The notes below the pieces were generated by a model. That model saw only the letters and a program-made list of their open reading frames with translations, was not told the DNA's origin and did not search any database. A stretch of DNA of 64,000 nucleotides, taken from assembly GCA_000146045.2 (NCBI GenBank), contig BK006946.2, positions 672,001-736,000 of the forward strand. The letters run 5' to 3'. Shown one piece after another: positions 46,575 to 59,300 of this stretch (position 1 is its first letter; each line of letters opens with the position of its first letter). The translations under genes and the position numbers were made by a program. The stretch comes from TPA_inf: Saccharomyces. Lineage: Eukaryota.

Positions 46575-48653
46575 CTATTTTCTTTTCTTAGCAAGGAGAC
46601 TTCCAAGAATATCCGTCTTTGGCGTCCTTGATGCTCTTCCTTTTCCCCTTCTGGAAGCGGTTTTGGTGCTCGCAGCAGGACGAGTCTTTGTTTTTGTTTT
46701 TCGACCATTAAGTAAACCATAACTAGCGTCCTCTTCGTCAGTACTGACCATAATTATGTCATTCTCATCAATATCAACATCATCTTGAGCATCGTTATTA
46801 TCACCGAGTTCATTTTCTGCATCGGATATGACAGTTGAGTCTGAAAAAGCAGGAATTTTCTTTTTCGTTGCAGTTCGCACTCGTTTGGGTTTGCTCGTTG
46901 GCTTACTGCTTTCCGCTTGACTAATATGGGTTATTCTTGATTCATTATCAACATGTGATTGGGTAATGTCTGGAGATCCAGTTCTTACTTCTCTATTACT
47001 AGACCGGAAGGAATCTAGCCCATTACCATTGAATGCGAAATTTGTCTCATCATTTTCTTTAGGGGGAGTCGGCCTAACACTGTTAGCACGCTTAACCTGT
47101 TTTATAAGCGCTTTCATTTCCTCTGCATCATCTGTTCTCAGAAATTCTTCATTCGTAGATAATATTCCAACTTCGTTCGATATTTCATGGCTAATAAATT
47201 CTTTAAGAGCTGTTTTCTCATCTTTATCTACAAACTTCTTTACTGCTTCATTCAAACCAACTTCTGGTAATAAAGATAGTTGCATTTTGTTCAAGAGATC
47301 ATTAACCAAAGTTTGAACTTCTAGTTCACCGCCACTTTCGCTGAAAAGTTTCTCAACATCTCTATCACTGATGCTTGTTCCATTTATACCGGATTTTTTT
47401 GATCTAGTTACAGGTGACCTTTTTTTATAAAACTGCACAACGTTATTACCGTTAGCAACACGTCCCACAAATCGATTGCTAAATCTACGCGGGTTTTCAA
47501 CTTGGTAATCTATTGGGGATTGTGTATTGGAGGGTGCACTATAATCAACACGTAATCTGATCAATGGTTTCGGTAATTCCGCAACCATGTCACCTTCACC
47601 ATCGTCCGCTAATTTTTGTTTAGTTTCCTCATTAGCGTCGCGGATCATTTCTTCAACTTGTTCAATAAGATACTTAGACGTAGCATCTTTATCGTGAGGC
47701 CTCAAATGGGGAACATCTTGTAACGAAATGGATTTCATTTTGAATGTCCGTATAGTCTCAAGAGGAATAGGTGTCATTTTTGGTGCTTCTCCATACTTTA
47801 TGTCAAGGATAAAGACATACTTGGGTTGTGCCTCAGCCTCACAAAGTGAAGTAGCTACAGATGAACCTGGTTGTAATACATCAAAATTTTTAATTGGATT
47901 GTGTACGAGATTCGGAATACACTCATGTTCATGACCCCATATCACCATATCCAGGAAATCTGGCAAGAACTGTTCAGGTAAAAATGCAGTATTCGTGTGA
48001 CCTGTATGATTTTGATGGACGCACATTAAATTAAACCATTCACCTTCTCGCATAGTCGGTACTTCAAAAGTGACACCACCATCCTTAAAAGTTCTAAATA
48101 ACCTTTCATCACGAACAGCGGCTAATCCGTACAATGCTAACTTAGTGGACCCTTTCTGAAATAATAATGGCACGACTTTTATTTTATCAGATTCGATGAC
48201 TTTCCCGAAATGATTTATTAGACCAGTCGCATGAAGTATATCCATAGGACACAACAGTGAGTCCCCCGACGCATCATCATGATTACCTGATATGCCGAAT
48301 ACGGGAATAGAAATATTAAAGTTGGGGTCCTCATAGTTAACGTTGGTAAATTCATCGTAGTGAAAAACTTGTGAGGGATCGCTCAATAATTCTAACTCGC
48401 AAGGCTTGTCACCCATGCAACATAATCTCAAAGTCTTCAGTACTTGGTAGAGTGACTTCTTGGAAGGCTTATTCACGTGAAAAAGATCACCGGACTGTAC
48501 AACCATGTCTACGTTGTTATTTTTGGCCAGCATCATGACTTCATGGAAAGTTTTCCAAGAATCATCGCCAGTAATGGGATCATTTTCGTTGTAACCCACA
48601 TGATTATCTGTAGTAATTAAAATCCTTATTGTGTCTGGATCAGGATAGTCCAT
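46575..48653 (-). CDS. MRE11: Mre11 nuclease of the MRX complex, 692 aa
   Basis: Calcineurin-like phosphoesterase motifs are present ([26 protein letters not shown]), followed by a basic C-terminal tail. Confidence 0.96.
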
Positions 48654-48959
48654 AGTCGAGTTTTATCGGATCTGAGCAGGTACAACTTGCGTCAATTGTC
48701 TGCATTCTCTTAATGTTGTTTCCACATTGTCTTCCTTACAAGCGTAAAGAGTAATTTAATATGGCTATAATGTTTGGGTTCTATTCGATTGGCCATACTA
48801 TTTAAACCTTAAGTCAGTTTGGTTGGGTATATCTATCTATACGTTTGTGTAATTGCATATATATTATTTACAGGCTTGCTTGTGAACTCTGACTTTGTTT
48901 TTGTTAGAATATTAGAAACGTGCATGCCTACAATGAGATTTGTAGATGCCTTTATTTTC

Positions 48960-49403
48960 TCAATGCATTTCCAACATATGTTTGAGATCCAGCTGTTTCG
49001 AGTGACGGTCGAAATGATTGGCTAATTCCTGAAAGTTCATGTTTGATGGATCGACTTCCATTTCTTTTTTGTCCTTGTAGGTTACTTTCACAAGAGGCTT
49101 GACTTTATTGTAATCTGAGATAATTTCCGATTGAATCTGCGTGCCCATGTTTCGTTGCGTTGGTGGAATGGCAGCAAGTACTAACCTAGCAACTTTCGCT
49201 GAAATCAATGATATGACCATATCATTTGCTGTTAGTATTTGTGATAGATCGGTTCGAGCCTACCTCAGCCTAGTTTAGCCAAATCTTTAAATCATGATGG
49301 CCAAAGGTAAGGAGAACGAATAACAGAGCGAAAAAAAATACATACCTTCCTTGCCAAAGGGATTAAACCTGACAATTACCTTACTGAAGTATTTAGTTAT
49401 CAT
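48960..49403 (-). CDS. MRPL44: Mitochondrial large-subunit ribosomal protein. The spliced CDS is exon 1 at 49346..49403 and exon 2 at 48960..49198, giving 98 aa.
   Basis: Exon 1 (ATG at 49401-49403) encodes MITKYFSKVIVRFNPFGKE and is followed by a 5' splice site GTATGT (revcomp of acatac at 49340-49345). The branch point TACTAAC and 3' splice site CAG are on the minus strand at about 49199-49225. Exon 2 continues in frame with AKVARLVLAAIPP, matching the track's 86-aa ORF at 48960..49220. Confidence 0.88.
49199..49345 (-). other. MRPL44: Spliceosomal intron of MRPL44 (147 nt)
   Basis: It has GTATGT, then TACTAAC, then a 3' AG, with canonical spacing. Splicing joins the 58-nt exon 1 in frame to exon 2. 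Confidence 0.85.
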
Positions 49404-49592
49404 GGCGAAGATATAATTAAGCTCGTTTCTTCTTCACATCTGTTCATCCTCTATTTGAGGATCCATAAGTTTATCTCTTTTATTTCGCCGGTATATTCCG
49501 TAGAATCGCGCAAAACGGTTCAGGGAAGAATGAAATAGCTAAAAAGTCTTACATGTATAAAAAGTATACAGATTTACTTAGTTTAGCTAGGT

Positions 49593-50396
49593 TTATCCAC
49601 GGAAGATATGATGAGGTGACGCTTGGTTTGTTGGAAAGATTAAAGTGTCTGCAATTACAGTATTTTGTTTTCTGGAAGTTGCATAGACGATCAGATCAGC
49701 CACGTCATCAGCCATCAATGGGGTAGTATCCTTGTAAACATTCTTGGCTTGTTCCTCGTTACCTCTGTATCTAACTAGTGAAAATTCAGTCTCGACTAGC
49801 CCTGGTGCAATTAGAATGACTCTAATTTTAGTGTTGATGAGCTCCTTTCTCAAACTATCAGTGAACGCCCCCACGGCAAACTTAGAGGCACAATAGATAG
49901 AACCTGTTGGGTATGCGTCTCTGCCAGCGATTGAACCCAAATTTACAATATCTCCTGAATTCTTGGCTTGGAATATGGGCAGTACAGCTTGTGTGATATT
50001 GATTAAAGCCGTGACGTTGGTGTCAAACACGTCCTGGATATCCTCCGTTGCGATCTGGCCCACACGGTCACTGCCAAGAGCCTTTCCGGCATTGTTCACC
50101 AGAATGTCAATATCCTTGAACTCTTGTGGCAAGTTTTCAATGAAGGGCTTGATTTTTTCTGCTTGAGTGATATCCAGCTGGGCCACATGAACTTTTGCGT
50201 TTGGAAACTCTTGATCAATGGTCTTCTTCAATTCCTCGAGCTTTTCTAATCTTCTAGCAGCCAAGATCAGTTTCATATCACCATTGGATGCCTCCAAGTA
50301 CTCTAATGCGGTCGCCTTACCAATACCAGCAGATGCACCTGTAATGAGGACAGTCTTCTTAGCCAATCTTTCTGCAGCTTTTCTACCTTGGGACAT
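49593..50396 (-). CDS. TMA29: Short-chain dehydrogenase/reductase, NADP-dependent (Tma29), 267 aa
   Basis: The true ATG is at 50394-50396. The track's start two codons upstream is a TTG. It has an SDR cofactor motif TGASAGIG and a catalytic YCASK. Confidence 0.93.
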
Positions 50397-50612
50397 TATC
50401 AAAATACGTTCTCAATGTTCTATTTCCCGCCTTTACTAGTGAGCTTGAACACTTTCTATGCGCCATGCTGTTTCATCTATCCTCCTTTCTTCAGCTTTTT
50501 ATATCGCTCCGATAAGAAAAATCGGTGTCGTGCCTTAATATATATCAATGCTATACGTCATAGAGTAGAGTCGTATAGTGTATAAGAGTAATATATAGAT
50601 GATAAAGAGAAC

Positions 50613-52385
50613 TTACTCATCACCCTCTGCACCAAATAGCATCATCATATCGAGATCGTTCTGGTCGAGTGTTTCCTCTGCGGGGGCTTCATCAAGTTCG
50701 CGCACCACCTTGTTCTCTTGTATGTGTTCCCGTTCATGCACATTATCCTCGTCCTCATCGTTTTCTTCGTCATCCTCCTCGTCTTCGTCCACTTCATCCT
50801 CTTCCTCTTCTTCTTCCTCTTCCTCTTCTTCTTCCTCGACGTTATTTGCAGTTTCTGCGTCAGAGCGATGTTGATGTTGTTTCTGGACAGAATCTTCGGT
50901 TTGTTGTAACTGCTTACGTTTTAGTTCAGCCTCCTTCTCGAGCTTTTTAATGCTATCTATGAACCTGCTTTTCAAAAGAGGATTCGTGGCTTTACTTAAT
51001 TTATGCTTGGTATGGGCCAGGGTGGTCTCTAGTTCGTTCAATTCGTCCGCAAGTAATTCAGTGTGCTGTCTGTTTTCGTCTTTTTCGTCATCAGATTCAC
51101 TTTCCCCACCAGCAGCTTCAATGTCACCGTCGTCATCATCGTCATCATCTTCTCCGCCTGTGTCTTGATCCACCTCATCACCGACTTCCTCTTGTTGTTG
51201 CTCCTTGTCTCCCTCGGCACCGCTACCTTCCTCTTCACTTTCAAAAGCAGCGCCTAGGTCAAGATCCTCCTCTTCTTCTTCTTCCATTCCTTCTTCTCCC
51301 TCTTCTTCTGCACCTTGTTTTCCTACTGCCGAAGCAATTGTGTGTATCTCTTCTTTCTTTAAAGCAGGTCTAGATAAAGGCTCTCCAGGCTCCTCTTTGA
51401 AATTTTCCCAACTAGAAACACGCTCTTGCCTCGCTTGCAGTTCACTTTTATCAACCAGATCATAGCTGACCTCTTCTGCCTGTTTATCTTGCTTCAAAAG
51501 CATATCAACCACTTTTTCTACATAGTCTATTTCATTAGGGTCCATTTTCCGTCTAAATCGTCTATTTCGAACATTGTACAAAGGTGGTGATATTCCATGT
51601 TTGTAGTCATAGCCCTTCAAAGCTATTTCTTTCAAATGTTTAGCCTCCATATCACTTAAAGGCGCACCATTGTATCCTTTTAAGAAGGTTTCTTTATTCT
51701 CCCAAATTTCATCCTCTATGCCTTCAAAATGCTTAACAACCAGATCTTCTGTATCAGGGGCTTCTAGGGCATATACTTCTTCCTCTTCTTGTATAGGTCT
51801 TATGCATAGTAGCATTTGTGATACGTCAAATGTCTTCAGGAGGTTTTTTCTATCGACGCTCTTGTTCACTTCTATAACTGTAGGCAAATCTACTAGAATG
51901 GCACCATACATTACATCGTTTATTGTTACGACAGCGTGTCTCTCGTTTTTCCACTTGATACTTATCCCAGAATAATCACCTGATTCTAACGAATTTTTTA
52001 CAAACTCTAACTGTATGTCTGGAAGTATCCTTAATATCACACCACTCTCTATGAGAGGGTCATCTTCAATATCAGAGGCTTCTGAGTCGTACGCTTCCCC
52101 AGGAATTCTAATAGGTTTGAGACGTAGCTTTGGCGCCTTGTGTATCTTCTTAACTGGTTCTTCATTTTTTTTCAAGTTTAACTTTAACTTCAATGAATTC
52201 TTCTTCTCTTTGCCGTCAGCACTCTCTTTCTTTTTCTTTAGGTTTATCTTTAATTTAGGCTTTGGTTTGATATCTTCATCAGTTACCTTTGTCTTTATGC
52301 GAATTCTCTTTAGTTTAGGCTCGCCTTCTAATGGTTGATCCTTCTCTCCTGGTCCTCTGGGTTTTTTAATTCTTATAACAGCCAT
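50613..52385 (-). CDS. TAF7: TFIID subunit Taf7, 590 aa, with a highly acidic poly-Glu/Asp C-terminal region
   Basis: The true ATG is at 52383-52385 and the protein begins [14 protein letters not shown]. The track's ORF starts 13 codons upstream at a non-ATG codon. It has a TAFII55 N-terminal domain and acidic tracts. Confidence 0.93.
50761..50838 (-). repeat. TAF7: (GAA/GAG)n in-frame repeat encoding the poly-Glu/Asp tract of TAF7
   Basis: The plus strand reads (TTC/CTC/TCC)n. It encodes [24 protein letters not shown]. Confidence 0.7.
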
Positions 52386-52625
52386 ATTTACGTCGATTAT
52401 TGCGACTAATTTGAATGGTAACACTGTCTCTTGTTTATGTAGTTCTTCCTATTCTTCTCGCTTTTATTATTTTTGCTAGCAAGTTTTGTCTTGAAATTTT
52501 ATTTACTGTTCTCATCGGCCGAATAACAGCGATATTATTGTATGATGATAATAGAGATGAAACTTTACAAATGCGGTTACTACGTCAGTCAATACCATTC
52601 TTTGAAGTAAGAAGGCTCAGCAACT

Positions 52626-53651
52626 ATGTCTGTTCCAATCCCTGGTATTAAAGATATCTCCAAACTTAAGTTCTTTTATGGTTTCAAATATTTATGGAAT
52701 CCAACAGTATACAATAAAATCTTTGATAAGCTGGATTTAACTAAAACGTATAAACATCCAGAAGAATTGAAAGTACTTGACCTCTACCCTGGTGTTGGTA
52801 TACAATCAGCTATTTTTTATAATAAATATTGCCCCAGGCAATATTCTTTATTAGAAAAACGCTCAAGTCTCTACAAGTTTCTGAATGCAAAATTCGAAGG
52901 GTCTCCATTGCAAATTCTAAAAAGAGATCCATATGACTGGTCAACCTACTCGAATCTAATTGACGAAGAGCGAATATTTGTTCCTGAAGTTCAATCCTCA
53001 GATCATATTAATGATAAATTTCTAACCGTTGCTAATGTGACGGGGGAGGGTTCTGAAGGTCTTATAATGCAGTGGCTGTCCTGTATTGGAAACAAGAACT
53101 GGTTGTATAGGTTTGGTAAAGTAAAGATGTTATTATGGATGCCAAGCACAACAGCTAGAAAACTTCTAGCTAGGCCAGGCATGCATTCTAGATCCAAATG
53201 TTCAGTAGTAAGGGAGGCATTTACAGATACTAAACTCATTGCCATATCAGACGCAAATGAATTGAAGGGATTTGATAGTCAATGCATAGAAGAATGGGAT
53301 CCCATTTTATTTAGTGCTGCGGAAATATGGCCTACAAAGGGAAAGCCAATTGCGTTAGTAGAAATGGACCCAATTGACTTCGATTTTGACGTAGATAATT
53401 GGGATTATGTCACGAGGCACTTAATGATTTTGAAAAGAACACCCTTGAATACTGTCATGGACTCGCTGGGACATGGTGGCCAACAATATTTTAATAGTAG
53501 AATCACTGACAAAGATCTGCTAAAAAAGTGTCCGATTGATTTGACAAATGACGAGTTTATATATCTAACGAAATTATTCATGGAGTGGCCTTTCAAACCA
53601 GATATTTTAATGGATTTTGTTGATATGTATCAAACAGAGCACTCTGGTTGA
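52626..53651 (+). CDS. MTF1: Mitochondrial RNA polymerase specificity factor (rRNA-methyltransferase-like fold), 341 aa
   Basis: 341-aa ORF starting MSVPIPGIKDISKLKFFYGFKYLWNP. Its length and sequence match my recollection of MTF1. Confidence 0.94.
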   Translation: MSVPIPGIKDISKLKFFYGFKYLWNPTVYNKIFDKLDLTKTYKHPEELKVLDLYPGVGIQSAIFYNKYCPRQYSLLEKRSSLYKFLNAKFEGSPLQILKRDPYDWSTYSNLIDEERIFVPEVQSSDHINDKFLTVANVTGEGSEGLIMQWLSCIGNKNWLYRFGKVKMLLWMPSTTARKLLARPGMHSRSKCSVVREAFTDTKLIAISDANELKGFDSQCIEEWDPILFSAAEIWPTKGKPIALVEMDPIDFDFDVDNWDYVTRHLMILKRTPLNTVMDSLGHGGQQYFNSRITDKDLLKKCPIDLTNDEFIYLTKLFMEWPFKPDILMDFVDMYQTEHSG

Positions 53652-53933
53652 AAAAAGTGCTTTTAAAATTTACTTCATTATTTAATAAATATGTGATTTT
53701 AGCGTGTGAATATAAAAAATACATAGAACTCAATCTTCGTTAACACGGAACCATCTTGTAATCAAGAAGCGAGAAGCGGAACTAAAACTTTAAGAAAAGG
53801 AGCTCTACGAACCGTCAAAGCTAAATTGATCGATAGAAATTGCTTCTTGAAACTTTACATTCTATGTACTTTACAAATATACTTTACAAACTTAGCCATT
53901 TATATTACTTTACAGTTAAAAATCCATCAGGAA

Positions 53934-56900
53934 TTATTCGTCTGCTTTTTGAGATTCATGGCTAGCGACATACTCAGTAGCTTTAGCTTTAACGTATTCA
54001 ATGGTCTTTTCGTCACCTTCAGATTCCTCAAATTGTAACCATTTATTAAAGAAAAACTTAGCCTGCTTCCTTGTTATTTTTTTGGTTATTATTCTCTCAA
54101 ATAAATCTTCCACCTTCTTCTTATCTTTTGCCTTCACTTCCTGGTCTACGTAAACGTTCCACAGGTCAATTCTCTTTGGCGCATCAGCAACCAAACCTTC
54201 GAATAATGACCGACCCCTTTCTGGGTCACCCTTTGCAAATTCTAATTGAGCAAACTTGCGGACAACCTCGATATGATTACGCTTTGGTAGGGCCTTCAAA
54301 GCATTACCTAAAATAGTACGTGCCTCTTGCTCTTCATTGTGGCTGATCAAAAAATCACCCCACGATACCCAGATAGAAACTTTCTCGCCGCCAAATTTCT
54401 TAGCTGTAGCTTTGAATAATTCTGCTGCTTTGTCGAACTTTTCACTTATTTCATAAATACCAAGCAGTTTTGTATGAATAGTATATGAGTCCATATACTG
54501 ACAAGCCCTGCTAAACACTTCTTCTAAAGTTTCTTCGGTACCAAAAGTATTTTCTAAATTCAGCATTGCAATCCAAATATTCAACTTCTCGGCTTCTTCT
54601 CTGAAGTTGATGGTCTTTAGCGCACGTTCTGCGAGCTCTCGAGCCTTCTCGATCTCACTCAGTTGTAGTTGGAAAGCCATATAGTTCATCCACACTACGG
54701 ACGAATTTGGATTACCGATAAGTAGACGTTCAAAATCGGCAACAGATTCTGGTGCCCTAGTGTTGATATCAATGGTCTTATCCTGAACAACATTTTCCTT
54801 TCTTCTCTTGTGCTTGTGTTTCTTATTTTCAGTAAAGTCTTCTTGATCTTGGTCAGACTCTTCTTCTTCTTGCGCTTGATCCAAAATGGAAGCAGTCCAA
54901 TCAAAACCAGCACTCAAGGATAGCCCATCCGAAGATGTTTCAGGCTTCCTATCGGCAACTTCGGTGTTTTGGTCTCCGATATCAGATTCGCTGTCGGAAT
55001 CGTTGAAGCCAGCATCTGCCATGACTTCATCTTCATCCTCCTTTTCCAGTTGATCCACAGTAGTAGTGGTGGTGGTAGTAGAAGCCAATTCGGCTTCTTT
55101 AGAGAAATGAGACGCTTTCAAGCTCAATGAAATTTGTTTTTTTTCTGGATTTGTTTTCAAAACAATAGCTTTTACTCTGTCCCCAACACCAAACAAGGCA
55201 GAAAGATCTTCAGGTTTTTTGTCCGCAATTTCAGTAATATGTGCCAAACCAGTAACATTAACAGTGTTATCTAGTTTGACGAAAACACCAAAATCAGTGA
55301 CGCTTTTAATTGTACCCTCGAAAACATCACCAGCCTTAATGTCTGAATAGGTCTTTAGAACCTTTAAATCACCATTTATTTCGGATTCTCTTAGGGTTAG
55401 AGAAATACGAGAATCTTCATCGCATGTAACGACTTTTCCCAAAACGTATTGCATAGGCTTGTAAAACTTCTTCCATTCCTTCAAGTAAGAATCAGATAGT
55501 TTACTAACAGGGACAAAGGCTTCAACTTTCCTACTCAAGTAAACAAAAATACCTTTGTCATTCACATTCTTAACAATACCATCTACAATCTCGCCTTGCT
55601 TCAAATCTTCATGAGATTTGATCGAACGAGTTTTTGCAGTAGCAGGACGAAGGGATAGTTCAATTTTCTTATTCTGTTCATCAACAGATAAAACGGTAGT
55701 TGGAATGACGTTGTTAATTTTGTCTTCAAAAGCTTCCTTCAATGTTAGGGAGAAATCATTTAACGCATCCGTAATAAAGGAAATACCAGTCACTTTGTTA
55801 CCAAGGTCTAACAAAACATACTTTTCAGCTATTTTTAGAACACGACCTGGCAATTCATCACCAACTTTAATTGTGGACATATTTATGTCAACATGACTCT
55901 TTCCAATGGCATTGACAAAGCCATGCTCGCGGTCAATAGAGGCAACTTTCACTTGGAGGGCTGAACCTAATGGGAAAACAGATTCAATATTTTCTGAAAA
56001 ATTTGAATCGTTATCAGCTAAATCTAGTAGAGAAATTCTCGCCTTCAAAACTGGAGAAATTGTTAGCCATAGGTGGTTACCTGATGAATTGTTGACAAAG
56101 CCAGTTAACTCTTGCCCAATGTTGATTTCCTCAAGACTTTTTGTGTGCACTTCCTTAGATTTTAATTCTGATGGTTTCATGGATAATTCCAAAACGCTAG
56201 CCTTTGAGATTTTGTGTGTAATCGGCAAGAACTTATGGCTCTTGACATCGTGATTACCTATGATTTTTACCTTGATGACATCGTCTTTTTTGTAATTACT
56301 CAACGGCTGTTTCTTATCTGTAATTTCTTCATACGTGTCAAACACTTCAGCAATGTCCACTCTGCCATGCAAATTTGCCGCTAAAATAACATTCAATTGA
56401 TTTTTCTTGACGCTCTTGATTTTTGCTTTAACAATACTACCAATAGACAAATCGTCCCAGCTTTTGATAGACGAATCAACAGGATCTTCGATATTAGATT
56501 CAACTTTCTTCTTCTCTTCTTTGACCTTTGGAGCTTTTAGAGATAATAGGAATTTCTGGTTTTTGTCGTCTGTTCTTAATAAATAGACGGTAACGGATTG
56601 GTTAATATAAAACGCCTTGCTGATATCAATATCCCTACTATCAACAGCGTAACTTGGTAAAACCAACCCAATGAACTTACCGTTAAATGCAACAAAGAGA
56701 CCCTTATCAGAAATGGATTTAATGTAAGCGTGCATTGGTACATCTTTATTTAGATCCTTAACATCATCATATGTTAATGGAAGAGTCTCCTTTTTAGCGT
56801 CTTTAATCAGAGAACTTTTGAGGGACATATTGAAAACGCGGGTTCTTGTATCTTTATCAATTACCAAACCAGTCAGTTCAGTGCCGATTCTGAGCTTTTT

Positions 56901-59123
56901 CAACTGAGCCCTATTTTGTTCAATTCTGGAATCAGAGAGATGACCAACGTAGATGACACCACGCAAGCCAACATCAGGAATTTCAACAATAACAGAATCT
57001 TTGGTTTTTTCGATAACATGGACAGTAATGATTGTTCTGCCTGGAACAATATTTTCAATGGTATCTTTTTGTTGGGCAGCCTGTTCATTTGAAACTTTGC
57101 ATGTGGCAATAATTCTCCTCCTGTCAGCATCGACGTCAAGAAGTTTTACTATTACTGTTTGACCGAGTCTTAAATGTTCTTCTGGTCTCTTCACAAAGAC
57201 TTCTGAGATCTCAGAATTAGGTAAAAATCCCGATAAACCACCAAAAAAGGAAATGATGCAACCATTTGGTTTGAAAACTTGAATAGTTGCTAAAGTCTTT
57301 TCATTTTTTTCTTTGATATTTTTGGCGTTTTCATAAGTGGAAACCAGTGGTAATTCGTTGTCTTCAATATTAACTAATGATTTTTTCAAAGTGACATGCA
57401 CATTACCTCTTGAATTAACTGATATAACTCTACCTTTAACCTTAGAACCTATCTTGAACTTCCTTTCTGGATAAACTAGCCTGGTATCTGAAATGTGTAA
57501 TGGTGGAACAGAAGCCTTAAATTGCCCGTTAAATATCTTCAATTCAATACCTGAACTAGAGACGGAAGTTATTTCACAACTTGGTAATAATTCTCCGATT
57601 GGAATATCATTTGTTCTTAGATACTTTAATTTTAGGTATTTTGGATCAGTGGACAATTGATAAATGTCATCAACAGGGCTATAACCAAGGACCCTGGAAC
57701 TTAAATTTTCTGAATTTTCAATTTCACCAACTCTTGAAGAATGTACTTTACCTAATCTATCATCATCCAATGCTAAGTATAGATATTCGGAATCACGCCC
57801 TTTAATGCTGCATGATTCAAATGTGTAGCCGATAGGGAATGCATCAAGACCTTCAGTAGATCTCAAAGCGTCTTCTAGTTTTAAAATGTGTGGAAGGTTT
57901 GACAAAATCAAGACCTTGTCACCGCTTTTGTTTTCTAAACAAGCAATAATTCGGCATCTAATACTAGAACCAATAACAAATTTATGCTTTAAATCTTCTT
58001 CGGAAAATGTTCTTAAATGTGATACGTTGACAACACCGGATACTAACCCAAAAACTTTACCGGCAATACCATTTTTAGTGATTGATTCACACAATAAGTC
58101 GACGATTTGACCAGGGATAATGGCATCAATTGAGGAGATTTGAGTAATTTTGTTTTTCTTGTCCGAAAAGTCTGTATTTACAACAATTGATCTGTCGGAT
58201 TTTTTGGTGATATTACCTAAGAAAACAGCCCCCGGCAATAATTTTTCAAAATTGCCAAAATCCTTCTTAGCAATGAACCCTGTAAAGCCTGGCAGACCAA
58301 CATCTAAGGTAGCACCGTGATCCTCGATGGATTTGACCGCGCATTGAATAGACGTGGATTTAACCAAATCTTCATCTGCGTATATGTTGACGGATGAAGG
58401 TTCGATGGTTAACTCTATTCTCTTCTTTTTGGATTTCTTAGTTGATGGTTCTAAAGAGGTATTCTTGATGACAGAGCATCTTAGCCATTGACCAATGTGA
58501 AAGTACCTTCTTAAATTAGGTAATTCATTAGATTTATCTAATTTTTCATCTTCGTCGTCGGACGATTCGTATTCTGCATCTTCAACTTTGGATTTTTTCT
58601 CATCAGCAGCATCAGTATCACTATCCATATCTTCATCCAGATCTTCCAAAATCGAAGTAAATTCTTCTGAGATATGTGTTAGGTTCACATAACCAGAAAT
58701 TCCGTCTGTGAATGTTATACATAAATCTTGTTTAGTGATAGCAGAAATCTGACCAAGCAAAGAAGAGCCATTCTTCAACGTTTTAAAGTTGACATGTTCA
58801 ATTAGTCCAGCTCTAGCTTCATCAGAGTTTGCTGATGAGGCCTCGGAATCTTTAGAAGTGGATTTCTTTGTTGTCTTCTTCTTTTTCAAGGGTCTACTTG
58901 CTGGTTCAGATGCTTTGACACTTTCATTACCAAATAACACATCACTTGCAGCTTCGTTAGCAACTTGTTTCAGTTCTAAAGGAGTCAAAGCAGACGCACC
59001 ACCCCTTGGAAAAGAGACTTCCTCAGTGTTCCTTACTAATGATGAGGTAGAGGGCTGCTTTGTGGAGTCTTCCCTCGAAAGTGGAAAATCTTCATCTCTC
59101 TTTCTTTTGGTGGAAGCTACCAT
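53934..59123 (-). CDS. RRP5: Rrp5, a pre-rRNA processing factor with twelve S1 RNA-binding repeats and C-terminal HAT/TPR repeats, 1729 aa
   Basis: 1729-aa ORF. S1-type OB folds are reiterated through the N-terminal two thirds. An acidic linker is followed by HAT repeats at the C-terminus. Confidence 0.96.
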
Positions 59124-59266
59124 TTTTGCAACAGTACAGGTGTGTTTTTTATATTAAACGGTCCTTGATTCAGACTGTAGTAGTAGATACTAATAGCTTT
59201 AAATAAAAATGAATAGACGAACCTTACTGAGCTTTCTTCAGTTGCTGCTAATGTATAGAAGGGTTT

Positions 59267-59300
59267 AGCTCATCTCATCTTAAAATTTTTCAAAATTTTT
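59267..59300 (-). promoter_or_regulatory. Ribosome-biogenesis regulon elements upstream of RRP5: one PAC-like motif and two tandem RRPE motifs
   Basis: The minus strand reads GAGATGAGCT at 59267-59276, which is 9/10 to PAC (GCGATGAGCT). The plus strand carries two back-to-back AAAATTTTT copies at 59282-59300 as TAAAATTTTTCAAAATTTTTC. They sit 145–180 bp upstream of the RRP5 ATG. Confidence 0.65.

Noticed and set aside
49247-49262. GGTTCGAGCC, a tRNA T-loop-like motif
   Set aside because: It lies inside the MRPL44 intron. No acceptor-stem, D-arm or anticodon-arm complementarity surrounds it, and there are no A-box or B-box promoter elements at tRNA spacing.
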